A DNA stretch of 63,166 bases, counting the filler, from Calcarisporiella thermophila CBS 279.70 (Eukaryota > Fungi > Calcarisporiellomycota), in assembly GCF_041956535.1 (NCBI RefSeq). It is 9 parts of 9 records of this genome, joined end to end, with 100 filler letters (N's around TTAATTAATTAA, not from the genome) between each part and the next. Parts side by side here need not be neighbours in the genome. Positions count along the whole stretch, not along the records: positions 46,632 to 53,891 come from NW_027192233.1; positions 53,992 to 57,774 come from NW_027192259.1; positions 57,875 to 61,853 come from NW_027192219.1; positions 61,954 to 63,166 come from NW_027192234.1; 5 more parts are not named here. One strand, written 5' to 3'. The notes beneath the pieces are model-generated. The model did no database searches, had not been told where the DNA came from, and saw only the letters and a list, made by a program, of their open reading frames with translations. Position numbers and translations under genes: made by a program. Below, one piece after another: positions 52,250 through 63,166 of this stretch (positions are counted from its first letter, which is position 1; each line of letters begins with the position of its first letter).

Positions 52250-52580
52250 GGGGGAGGGTTAGTGTAGTGGACTATCCCTGGGATGCCGATGAGAACGGCG
52301 TGGGTTCGAATCCCACTTCCCCCACCAGCACTTACTCTTAGTTTGTGGCTGCTATCCACTTGATCAGAAGCTGAGTCTTGATTATTGAATAGATCGCCCT
52401 TACGATAAGTACAAAAGATTACATCGGTTTCATGTACACGCTATTCACGATACACGCATATCGATTGAAAGTCTATCGATCAAGGACCTATATCTCGTTA
52501 TGTTAAGTCCATTGACATTAACTTCATGTAATATATGGAAATTAAATAAAAGTTTCCATTGATTGATACAAAAAAAAAAA
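52250..52580 (+). mobile_element. tRNA-derived SINE copy 2
   Basis: Full length with poly(A); perfect 16-bp TSD ATTCGAGAGCGTAGTC (52234-52249/52581-52596). Confidence 0.96.
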
Positions 52581-52596
52581 ATTCGAGAGCGTAGTC

Positions 52597-53300
52597 AACC
52601 AATTGCCCATGCCTTTCTAACTGCCCAGCTATCGCGCAACTCTGGCAAAGAGTTGATAAGATAAACTGCCGAATAATTGGAATACCGCCTCACGAATCCA
52701 CGAGAGAAGACAGACTGTTTGGACAAGACAAACAAATAAGTCAACGCTTCAACGAAGTGGTTGCTCTGAGCCACGACATAGCCCTGTGGATAATATACCG
52801 CTCGAGACTTGAATTAGTGCTGGACGATGTCCAACCCAATCCGGTAGCCATAACCAAACAATTTGACCACGAACTACAACGAGGAATAAAGTCCAAGTGG
52901 TGGATGGCAATGAAACAGGAACGGAAAAGAGACTTCATCGATAAATGGTCAAGGGGAAACTGGGTGAACATCATAGATGATTCTGTGATTTTCATCCAGG
53001 ACACCTCTGAAGATCAAATCCCCGTCCCAACTCCGGCTTGAGAACTGCACCCAACCCCTCACTGCTGTATATTAATACCATCTCCTCTATCGTTCTTTTC
53101 CATACTTTTTCTTTTTTTTTCTCTCTCCTTTCATCTTCTTTTACTTTTAGGATATTATACGGTTGTTTATTACGCCAACCTTATTTTATGATAACTTTAT
53201 TATATTGAGATGATGCCATTTTATTACTTCTATTATTTATATTTTTCCCTATGTGATACGTTAACAACAGTATAAAAAGACCAATATTTCATTAAAATAA
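52597..53300 (+). mobile_element. 3' end of an L1/Tx1-like LINE (zinc-finger C-terminus plus pyrimidine-rich 3'UTR)
   Basis: IAHAF-NCPAIAQLW (frameshifted), ALWIIYRSR, FIDKW; stop at 53041; 3' limit approximate. Confidence 0.75.
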
Positions 53301-54086
53301 AGACGTGCTATTTTGTATTGAGATTGAACCAGATTACTTTACAATCCACTTTGTGTCGTTTATTAGCCTTCTGAAGTGTTTAGGGAAGGACATTCAAGAG
53401 CTTAGGGATAGCTAGAGGATTGTCGAGATAGACCTTATTAGACGATTGTCCAACGCAATAATCTGTCATAAACTAGAGAGAGATAACTAGGGGATACTGT
53501 GGGAACATAGGTAAAACTATAGGTTTATTCAAGAACAAGGTGTGTATGTTGGAAGTTCTCATTAGATTGTTCCTTTTATACTATAAGATATAACAACTAT
53601 TTAACCTGTTAACTAATAAAGCTAATGAATATTGGTTTATAACTAGTTCCTATTTTTTTTTTTTTGAGATTGAAGGATCTTTTATTGAAAAGTCTCCTAT
53701 ACAAGTTAAATGAAAGGATTTGCACGCTATCTCTAACACTCAACCATTGCTTACATGTATTTCTTCTGACAAGTCACTATATTAAAAGTATTTCTTTGTT
53801 TTCTGAGGACGATCAATATCAAATTATTAAGAACGAAGTAGCTTATAGCTCGATTCCTAGAGTATGTCCCGGACCCATCTCTAGTACAGGTNNNNNNNNN
53901 NNNNNNNNNNNNNNNNNNNNNNNNNNNNNNNNNNNTTAATTAATTAANNNNNNNNNNNNNNNNNNNNNNNNNNNNNNNNNNNNNNNNNNNNGCATTCGCT
54001 TGTCTCTTGTTTTCTTTATCCTTTCTACAATTTTCATTCCAATAAATATCACGCTCCATTCGCCTCCTCTTACTCCATAATCGCTC

Positions 54087-57000
54087 ATGTCTGCCAAAGC
54101 TATCCGAGAATACGATGGGAAGCTCGTGCTTGCCCACTGGCTTCTGCGCTGCCCTTCTCTCTCCACATCCGAGTCACCAAGCTCTAAGTTCACGCCACCT
54201 CCGGCACGCCTTGCCCACGTGTCTGTTGACACTTCCCTCGCGCACAACCAGGTCGCCTTCAGCAATGCCCTCAAGCAGCAGCTGGATGCTCTTGAGCAGA
54301 CGCATCCTTGGCTGCTCACGGAGAAGCTGGTTGCCAAGCCCGATCAGCTCATCAAGCGGCGCGGCAAGTCTGGACTGCTGCTGCTGAATGCTGACTGGGC
54401 AAAGGTGCGAGAGTGGATCACCGGCCACGCTGGCAAAGAGATCACGGTAGGGTTCACGTCACGTCATCGTTGCGGATTTGCTGGGTGCTAACTTATGCTT
54501 TGCTATTGCTTCTCTAGGTGGACAAGGTCACGGGTATCCTCAAGACCTTCCTCGTCGAGCCTTTCATCCCGCATCCGTCCAACACCGAGTACTATATCTG
54601 CATCAACTCGGTGCGTGAGGGTGACAACATCTTGTTCACACACGAGGGCGGCATCGAGGTGGGTGATGTGGACGCAAAGGCCCAGAAGCTGCTCATCAAG
54701 GTCGACGAGTCGTTCCCGTCTGGTCAGGTGGTGAAGGACACGCTGCTGACACAGGTTCCCGAGGCAAAGAAGGACGTCCTGGTGGACTTCATTACCCGAC
54801 TCTACTCGGTGTACGTGGATCTGCACTTCACCTACCTCGAGATCAACCCGCTGGTGGTGCTGGACTCGGAGCAGCCAGGAAAGGCGCCGCAGGTGTACTA
54901 CCTGGACTTGGCGGCGAAGCTCGACCAGACAGCCGAGTTCGAGGCGGGACAGAAATGGGCGACGGCACGTGCTCCTCAGAATATCGGCCTGGTGCCATCT
55001 AGTGGCGAGCAGGGGGTCGACCATGGCCCCGCAATGGAGTTCCCAGCTCCTTTTGGACGTGAGCTCTCCAAGGAAGAGGCCTATGTGCAAGAGCTCGACT
55101 CGAAGACCGGGGCATCGCTCAAGCTCACAGTGCTGAACCACAAAGGGCGCATCTGGACCATGGTGGCCGGAGGAGGAGCATCGGTGGTGTACTCCGATGC
55201 CATTGCCGCGCTCGGATATGCACACGAGCTCGCCAATTACGGAGAGTACTCTGGCGCACCGACTGAGACGCAGACGTATGAGTATGCGAAGACGATCCTC
55301 GACCTGATGACGCGCGGGGCGCCTCGTGAGGACGGCAAGATCCTGTTCATTGGAGGAGGTATTGCCAACTTCACCAATGTAGCGGCGACGTTCAAGGGAA
55401 TCATCTCGGCGCTGACCGAGTACCGCCCCAGCCTGATCGCACACAAGGTTCGCATCTTTGTGCGGCGCGCCGGTCCCAACTACCAAGAGGGATTGCGTGC
55501 CATGCGTCAGCTCGGTGAGAGCCTTGGGGTGGAGATCCACGTGTTTGGACCTGAGACGCATATCACTGGGATTGTTCCGCTTGCTCTCACAGGCAAGCTC
55601 AGTGCCACGGATGCGGCGAGCCAAACAGCACAAGCTGGTAGCGGGAACCTGTTCCAAGACCAGCTTTTAGGCGTCACTCCAGCCAATGGCAATGGAGGCG
55701 CCACTCCAACCGCAGAGCTCTCGCGGCCTCCATCTCCACCTCCACTCAGCGCACAAGATCGCATCCAGCACTTCCCACAACATCCTACCAGCGAACACGA
55801 ATGGTATGTGCCATTCACATCGAAGACGCGTGCGTTTGTGTTCGGAATGCAGCCGCGTGCGGTGCAAGGAATGCTGGACTTTGACTTCATCTGCAACCGA
55901 GAGGTCCCCTCGGTTGCGGCAATGATCTACCCGTTCGGAGGATCGCACGTGCAGAAGTTCTACTGGGGAACCAAGGAGACGCTCCTGCCAGTGCACACCT
56001 CGCTCGAGGATGCAATCAAGGCGTTCCCCGAGGTGGACACCATTGTCAACTTTGCATCGTGCCGCTCGGTGTACCAGACGACGATGGACATGCTGAGGCA
56101 CTCGGACAGGATCAAGAATATCGCGATCATCGCGGAAGGAGTGCCGGAGAGGCGGGCGCGCCAGATCCTGTGGGAAGCCAAGAAGCGCAATGTCCTGATC
56201 ATCGGCCCTGCCACGGTGGGCGGGATCAAGCCGGGATGCTTCAAGATCGGCAACACGGGAGGGATGATGGACAACATCGTGATGTCGAAGCTGTATCGTC
56301 CCGGATCGGTTGGCTATGTGTCCAAGTCTGGAGGTATGTCCAACGAGCTCAACAACATCATCTCGCGCGCCACGGATGGGGTGTACGAGGGCGTTGCCAT
56401 TGGTGGGGACAGGTATCCGGGGTCGACGTTCATTGACCATCTCCTGCGCTACGAGCAGGATCCTAACTGCAAGATCATGGTGCTTCTCGGCGAGGTAGGT
56501 GGAGTGGAGGAGTACCGAGTGTGCGAGGCGGTACGCAACGGCACGATCCGCAAGCCCATTGTTGCCTGGTGCATTGGAACGTGTGCCAAGATGTTCTCCA
56601 CGGAGGTGCAGTTTGGACACGCGGGAGCTCTTGCCAACTCAGATCTTGAGACAGCGGATGCCAAGAACAAGGGGATGCGGGCGTCGGGTATCATTGTTCC
56701 CGAGAGCTTTGAGCTGCTTCCACAAGTGCTCATGGAGACGTACCAGCGCCTGGTCGCGGATGGAACCATTGTGCCACGCCCCGAGCCTGAGGTGCCGCGG
56801 ATCCCGATCGACTACGCATGGGCGCAGGAACTGGGACTTGTGCGCAAGCCAGCGGCGTTCGTGTCAACGATCACCGACGACCGTGGACAGGAGCTCCTGT
56901 ACGCGGGAATGCGCATCACGGATGTGTTCAAGGACGAGATTGGACTTGGAGGAGTGCTGAGTCTGCTGTGGTTCAAGAGACGGCTCCCCGACTATGCGTG

Positions 57001-57774
57001 CAAGTTCATTGAGATGGTGCTGATGTTGACGGCTGATCACGGGCCAGCTGTGTCTGGGTGAGTATACAAGAGAGGGTGGGGCGTGGATTTCTTGAGAGCG
57101 AGCGTGTCACTAATGCATGTTTTCTCGTTGCCTTCTACCCTCTGCAGAGCCATCAACTGTATCATCACAGCTCGCGCAGGCAAAGATCTGATCTCATCTC
57201 TGACATCGGGTCTGCTCACGATCGGTGACCGATTCGGAGGCGCCCTCGATGGAGCAGCAACCACATTCACGCAAGCATTCGATGCTGGACTCTCGCCACG
57301 CGATTTCGTCACATCGATGCGCAAGCAGAACAAGCTGATTCCAGGGATTGGGCACAAGATCAAGTCGCGCAGCAACCCAGACATGCGAGTTGAGATTGTG
57401 AAGCAGTTTGCACAGAAGCACTTCCCAGCCACCCCTCTGTTGGAATATGCTCTGCGGGTGGAGGACATCACGACGAGCAAGAAGGAGAGCTTGATTCTCA
57501 ACGTGGACGGGTGCATTGCGATCTGCTTTGTGGATCTGATGCGCAACTGCGGAGCGTTCACGCCGTCGGAGGTGGAGGAGTACATGCGGATCGGAACACT
57601 CAATGGGTTGTTTGTTCTTGGACGGAGCGTAGGATTCATTGGACATTATCTCGATCAGAAGCGGCTCAAGCAGCCTCTGTATCGCCATCCATGGGACGAC
57701 ATCTCGTACCTTGTGCCCAGCGCAGTGGAAGGCGGACGTACAACAGTCAATGCCGCTAAACTTGCCAAGGCATC
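54087..57774 (+). CDS. ACL1: ATP-citrate lyase, single-chain (fused) form; exons 54087-54446, 54518-57057, 57148 to gap
   Basis: [38 protein letters not shown] (phospho-His), [23 protein letters not shown]. Confidence 0.97.
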
Positions 57775-57906
57775 NNNNNNNNNNNNNNNNNNNNNNNNNN
57801 NNNNNNNNNNNNNNNNNNTTAATTAATTAANNNNNNNNNNNNNNNNNNNNNNNNNNNNNNNNNNNNNNNNNNNNGTGACAATGTAAAAAACTAAAAACCT
57901 TTTATG

Positions 57907-59041
57907 TTATTTTGAGATTATGTACTGTCTATAGATTTGGTAGTCATCGGTAGATCCAGAAAGCGCAATATCACGCAAGTCTGTAAAATATCCGTCTTGG
58001 ACCAGTTCCTTATAACGTCTGCCATTAAATATATCCCCATAAGAATAACCAGGGGATACTTCTGTTGAACTATCATACTCTGAACGTTCCACATAACGCG
58101 AACGATATCTAATACCGTGCGAGCATTAGAGACAAATGAGAATGGAAGAAGTTCGACTCATTAAGTTGATACCTTAAGGCTTCAGAGCGCTCTGGATTGT
58201 TGTATTGCAAACGAAGCCGATGAATTAGGGGAAAGTGGGGATAGACCTTTCGTGCCCGCTTTGTCCGATTCGACACCTGGTCATATCGGGGCTCATTGCA
58301 TAGTGGACAACTCTCAAGATGAGAGTACTCTCGGGTAAATGCAACACAGGACCTAACGCAACAATCAGTCAATACAGGCTTAATGTCCACATATGCTTGC
58401 AACATTTTCTTAATTCTGAATTGACTGATGCCACCTATGCCTAATAATTCGCATATATCTTCATATGCTTCGTCGCTTAGACTGTGTTTGATCTTTAATT
58501 TAAACAACTCAATAGCTTTAATAGTCTCTTCGTTCATCTTATCTACTTGAGACAAAATTTAGATTAACATGCTGTCCCAGAATTATAACTTGAGTTGCTT
58601 TGCATCTTACATAACTCTTCTACTTCTGATTCCTCTTCGGAGCTAATATCACTTGGATTTTCGTCATTCGACTCTGAAACTCTTTCGCTCTCTTCTTCGT
58701 ATTGTGTAGAATCGGAAGATTCAGAACCAGCTCGATCTTCATGGTCCTCATCCATGAATTGATGGTGTCCAATATCATTACCTGTAGTATAATCAAATGG
58801 CTCTTCACTAGATCTGAAAAACATTTAGTTTTAGGATAGCTCGATCATCAATAAAGATGCTCCTTGTGATCAACCTGAAAATTTCTCGATCATTTGCTAC
58901 TTCTGTATAACAGCCTTCCTCAGAGTGAGGCAAATTATAAATCAACTCTCGCAGTTGTCGCTCATGTCTCGATCGTGTTGAAATGCTTACCATTTTACCG
59001 TTGCATAAAGGGCAGAGACATTCGACTTGTTTTCGAGGCAT
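57907..59041 (-). mobile_element. CACTA/EnSpm-like transposase, 5' part, element 2
   Basis: MPRKQVECLCPLC...RH, DCCVRSCVAF, CPLCNEPRY, YGDIFNG, STDD (TDG motif mutated). Confidence 0.8.
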
Positions 59042-59632
59042 TTATATGCTATAAACTTGGATTAAAATACGAATCAAGTGGAAAAAAGAATCGATAGTTG
59101 CTGACTGATTTTAATTCGATTTAATAGCCAATATTTTCAAAAATAGTAGCTCGAAGATCAAATTTGAAAATGAAAAAATCAACCTTTATAGTATGTCTTT
59201 TTAAGACTTGAATATACTGTAATCACAAATTATAAGTAACTTGGGTGGTCATGTTAGTTGAAATACCTCCTTTAAATCCACGCCTTTGATCAAATTAGAT
59301 TGGAATCATTTAACCAGTGGTTGCAATCTAATTTCTTTGTTAGGAAAATGGCTGATCTGACTTGCTTGATACGTAAATAAGAAATCAATAACCGACTCAA
59401 TATGGTTAATCGCAAACTCAAAATGCATCTTTCAAAAACAACAAACTATCAAAAAAGTAATAGTGAATAACTTTATTTTCTATGACATGATGGGTGAGAA
59501 GAATAACTTAGTCGTTTAAAACATCGAAATTATTTTTGCAATTTTTGCTAAAGAACAATTTGTCTCTTGCTCTAACCTTGATATCCCCACTTTCCATTTA
59601 TTTTTCTTTATATATTTCCTTTATTTTTGCAG

Positions 59633-60962
59633 ATGCCAACAGAGAAGCAAGATCTCTCCTCGGATTCGAACAAGAAAGAGTTCAATGATAAGCTAGTAAA
59701 CTTATTAGCTAAAAAATTTACGCCAGAAATGGTGTTATCGCTTCTCTCTGAGTGCTTAGGACCAAGTCAACTACTTCCTGAGGAGGAAAACGTCAATATT
59801 GATGGTTATGTTGGCTACAGAGACAGTGATAGAAGTGCAAAGGAGTCTGCAAAGGAAGACCGATCAAAACGTATTTTAACTGATGCAAGTTCAAAAATGA
59901 ATCGGGTAAAATACTTGCATTTCTGAAAAAGTTTCTACCAATTCACCTTACTATCCAATGAGTCGTCTTTCAATATTGAAAAGACTGGAGTGCAATGTAT
60001 CAATAAGCCATTTCTTTCAGATAAAAAGAGCTACATAAACGTCGGTGAATATTTAGGACTTTCTTCAATAAAAGTAAGGAGATATCGCGTAAGTTCATCC
60101 ATTTACTGGAGACTATTTGCATTGCTGAATATAAGCTACCATCCTTGTTGGTGTTCTATTTCAGTACAGGTTACGCAGTAAAATGGAAAATGCTAAACTT
60201 GATTTTAGTAAGTCATTCAAATCTCAGGATCCTTTGACAATCAAAAGAGTTATTCGAAAGGTAAACTGTAGCAATTGTATTTGATTATTTCATTACAATT
60301 TCAATCATAAAACTGTAAAATAGTTTAAAGAGGATCATAAGGATTTTCCAGCAACTCGATCAGATTGGGCGATACAAGAGTGGATAAAGCAAATCTTTCA
60401 TAATAAAAGTAAGGGAATATTTTACTAATGAAGAAAGTATAAAGTGTTCGGAAAGTATTGTAATTTAATTATCTATGCTAGGATCATACCAGTCGGAAAG
60501 AATAAAGGAATACCGCATTGAACCAGAGCTCAATAATGATGAAAATTCACTCCCAATCGAAATAGAAAAGAGGGCTGTGGACTCGGATTCCACGAATATT
60601 TTCAGGAAAATTAAGCTTAAAGGCGGTATAGCCATATATTTTTCTTATAATTTATATCCTCAATAATAGTTACAGTAATTGCTTTTTCTTTTGTATTAGG
60701 TATATGTACTGAGGGGTATCCACTACGTTCCAGAATGACTAAAGGAGAAGAAGTAGAAGATTCGGCAGGTACAAAAGAAAAAGATGGTATGCAGAAGGAT
60801 CCGGTTGCAACAACTGATGCGCGCACAGGAAAAAGGAAAGCCAAAGGAATCAGCTCCATGGAAGAATTGGGCAACGAGGTAGGCAGGGTCAAGAGGATTA
60901 CACGAACCTACAGAAAAACGAGAGCCCGAAATAGTCGAACCACCAGGCAAAACAGGGCATAA
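59633..60962 (+). mobile_element. Accessory multi-exon gene of CACTA-like element 2
   Basis: DFPATRSDWAIQEWIKQIFHN and the N-terminal helix are homologous to 39868-41231. Confidence 0.6.
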
Positions 60963-61953
60963 TTTGTAAATGCTAACGCAGCATTAAAAAGTATTTTTAA
61001 ATATTAATTGAATAAATAATTCTATACATTATTGGCTTAATATCGTTTATAAACCTGGTGTAATTGAGCAACAATTACCTTCCATATAAGTGATAGTCAA
61101 CTTAGGGAATTGCTCACTTTCCGTATGTTTGTTTTACGTCATTTTCCTGCATGTGTTTCCGAGTTTATTCCTTACCCCGACTTCCTACTGGGAATACATT
61201 ATTTAACCTATTCCATCTCTTGAGTTTTCGTTAAATTTATACCCCCAGTATTTAAATAATGTCTAGCTATTTTGTATTTTTTATATAATATTGTTAAAAC
61301 TAAAATATAAAACATAATTGAATGAAATATCTGATTCAAATTTCGAAAAATTTCACTAAAATGGGCGATTAATTATTGAGAAATGAATATATGTGATTTG
61401 ACCTATCTATTGGCTCATTTTTTGCCATTTCAATCTCTTTGTCGTCGCGATAAGTCATTCTGCGTATGCTAACGGGAATGACCAGGAGCCGAGAGTCGAC
61501 TATTTTCTCCACCTCGCTCAAAAATCTGAGTGTAAAGGCAAATGAACGGTAATTGCATATAAGCAAATAACTTGGAGTTCCAGGTTTCTTTTTGATGGGT
61601 GTTAGAGAAATGGACCCTCCCACTGCGATATTTGAGTTTCTTAGAGAGATATAGAGGTTAAGGTGTCTTGGAGGAGGGTCTTTAAACCATCCTCGTACTT
61701 TCGACTCCATTGCCATAATGTTGGAGCTTATTTCACGTGATGTTTCTACCTGCCGGTTCTTAACTTGTATGGCAATACAAGAAAAGTCACCTGTGGGTAG
61801 GCGGACGGGAATAACGAGGTCAACCGCTTTATACCCGTGTCGCAGGGTGATAANNNNNNNNNNNNNNNNNNNNNNNNNNNNNNNNNNNNNNNNNNNNTTA
61901 ATTAATTAANNNNNNNNNNNNNNNNNNNNNNNNNNNNNNNNNNNNNNNNNNNN

Positions 61954-61990
61954 TATAGGAGTCCGAAAGTCGAAAACTACTTTCGTTACA
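61954..61990 (-). mobile_element. Terminus of LTR family A (third copy, cut by the gap)
   Basis: Exact reverse complement of 33037-33073. Confidence 0.9.
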
Positions 61991-62261
61991 GTTATTCCGA
62001 AGAAGGTAGTGCAGTCAGGGAGCGGTAATAGAAAGTTCGGATAGAGCAAGACTAAAACTGGAGTGACGAAGCAACCCTTCCTCTCTCCCAATCCGCTCTT
62101 TCCCTCCTCCCCTCCTCTTTACTTCATACCTTTCACCAAATACCCGATCACTATATACATCTAATTTACCCTTTATTCCCCCCCTTTCTTATTTCATTGT
62201 AATCATTAAACTCTTGTAAGCTACGGAAACTAATAAAAGTCTCCGTTGATTGATCAAAAAA
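61991..62261 (+). mobile_element. 3' end of a LINE whose tail is shared with the SINE
   Basis: ORF end LFRRR(*)CSQGAV...LKLE*, CT-rich UTR, ACGGAAACTAATAAAAGTCTCCGTTGATTGATC-A6. Confidence 0.75.
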
Positions 62262-62292
62262 GTACTACGCAGATTATAACAATGCCATGGTT

Positions 62293-62377
62293 CCGGCTAT
62301 AGCTCAGCTGGTAGAGCGGAAGACTGTAGTGTTACATAGATATCTTTAGGTCCCTGGTTCGAATCCGGGTGGCCGGA
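62293..62377 (+). tRNA. tRNA-Tyr (GTA) with a 12-nt intron
   Basis: CCGGCTATAGCTCAGCTGG...GAAGACTGTAG[tgttacatagat]ATCTTT...GGTTCGAATCCGGGTGGCCGGA. Confidence 0.95.
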
Positions 62378-62919
62378 AAATCGTTTTGATTCTTTTGCCG
62401 TTTCATCTGTGGAATATAATTCTAACTCTTCTCTCGTCTAGAAGATAAGTATATTGTAGATTACTTCGTTTAAAGATTTTATTTCGGAATCAGTCGAGAT
62501 AATCCGAAGCTAACTGCAGAACCCTCACTCTTCCCACTGAAAACTTAGGAGTGTGTCATCACCGATAATATAGTTACATCTTACATCGGAAATTCTGCTA
62601 TTATAATCTTTCCATATATCTTGTCGTAAATGTCACGGTATGTAGCGCAAAATTCCAACTATTCTTGTCCTCCTTACTTTCCACATTAATACTAATATCC
62701 GACAGGCAGATCTCTCCTGGAATGTTTGACTCGAAGAGGCAATGCTTCCAGCGGGACGGTTAATTGAAATTGTATATAAAAATGCCTCGATCATGATCAG
62801 AGGTTGTGTCTAAAGTTAAGAAGCGGGAGAAGGGTCTATATGTCCATTAAAATCGAACAACTAATAATTGGAGCTTAGTTTCTTAATTGAAATCGCAAAA
62901 ATAATAAAAAATTTGTTAC

Positions 62920-62992
62920 TGGTCACTATGAGAATCGAACTCATGACCTTCTGCTTACTAGGCAGACGCTCTGCCAACTGAGCCAAGTGACC
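62920..62992 (-). tRNA. tRNA-Thr (AGT)
   Basis: GGTCACTTGGCTCAGTTGG...CTGCCTAGTAAGCAG...GAGTTCGATTCTCATAGTGACCA. Confidence 0.95.
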
Positions 62993-63082
62993 ACTTATTT
63001 CTTTTGCACGTGATCAAAGGAAGATTTTATTATCAAAAGCTTTTTGAGGAAAATTTTTGGGAATAATTTTGTCCCCACCCCG

Positions 63083-63166
63083 GGGGGAGGGTTAGTGTAG
63101 TGGACTATCCCTGGGATGCCGATGAGAACGGCGTGGGTTCGAATCCCACTTCCCCCACCAGCACTT
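63083..63166 (+). mobile_element. tRNA-derived SINE copy 3 (head only, cut by the window end)
   Basis: Identical to the head of copy 2. Confidence 0.93.

Noticed and set aside
54503-57688. Long antisense ORFs (384, 317, 200 aa) over ACL
   Set aside because: Shadow ORFs caused by GC-rich codon bias of the real gene.
61369-61716. 115-aa minus-strand ORF
   Set aside because: Possibly a terminal exon, but no recognisable motif and the contig is truncated.

Overview
Fungal genomic DNA with short GT-AG introns. The gene content (single-chain ATP-citrate lyase, base-exchange PS synthase, Zn2Cys6 factor) suggests an early-diverging, probably Mucoromycota-like fungus (inference). The window is a pseudomolecule of 9 contigs joined by 8 artificial 100-bp N44-TTAATTAATTAA-N44 linkers, so adjacency is only trusted within a contig. 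Contig 1 holds a tandem array of 7 paralogous 4-exon genes encoding fungal TF middle-homology-region (MHR) proteins with no visible Zn2Cys6 domain, then PTDSS, a divergent RPL26/RPP2 pair, tRNA-Ala, a decayed DIRS recombinase and tRNA-Ser. The other contigs hold nested Ty3/Gypsy, LINE and DIRS remnants, a Zn2Cys6 TF, CACTA-like transposons, a divergent GST pair, ACL and tRNA-Pro/Tyr/Thr. The top candidate system is a tRNA-derived SINE (3 copies, 16-bp TSDs) plus L1/Tx1-like LINEs that share a covarying 3' stem-loop. Such elements lie within ~90 bp upstream of 4 of the 5 tRNA genes, which suggests tRNA-gene-targeted non-LTR retrotransposition. A second candidate is an intronless 520-aa orphan ORF that may be an endogenised dsRNA-virus segment.
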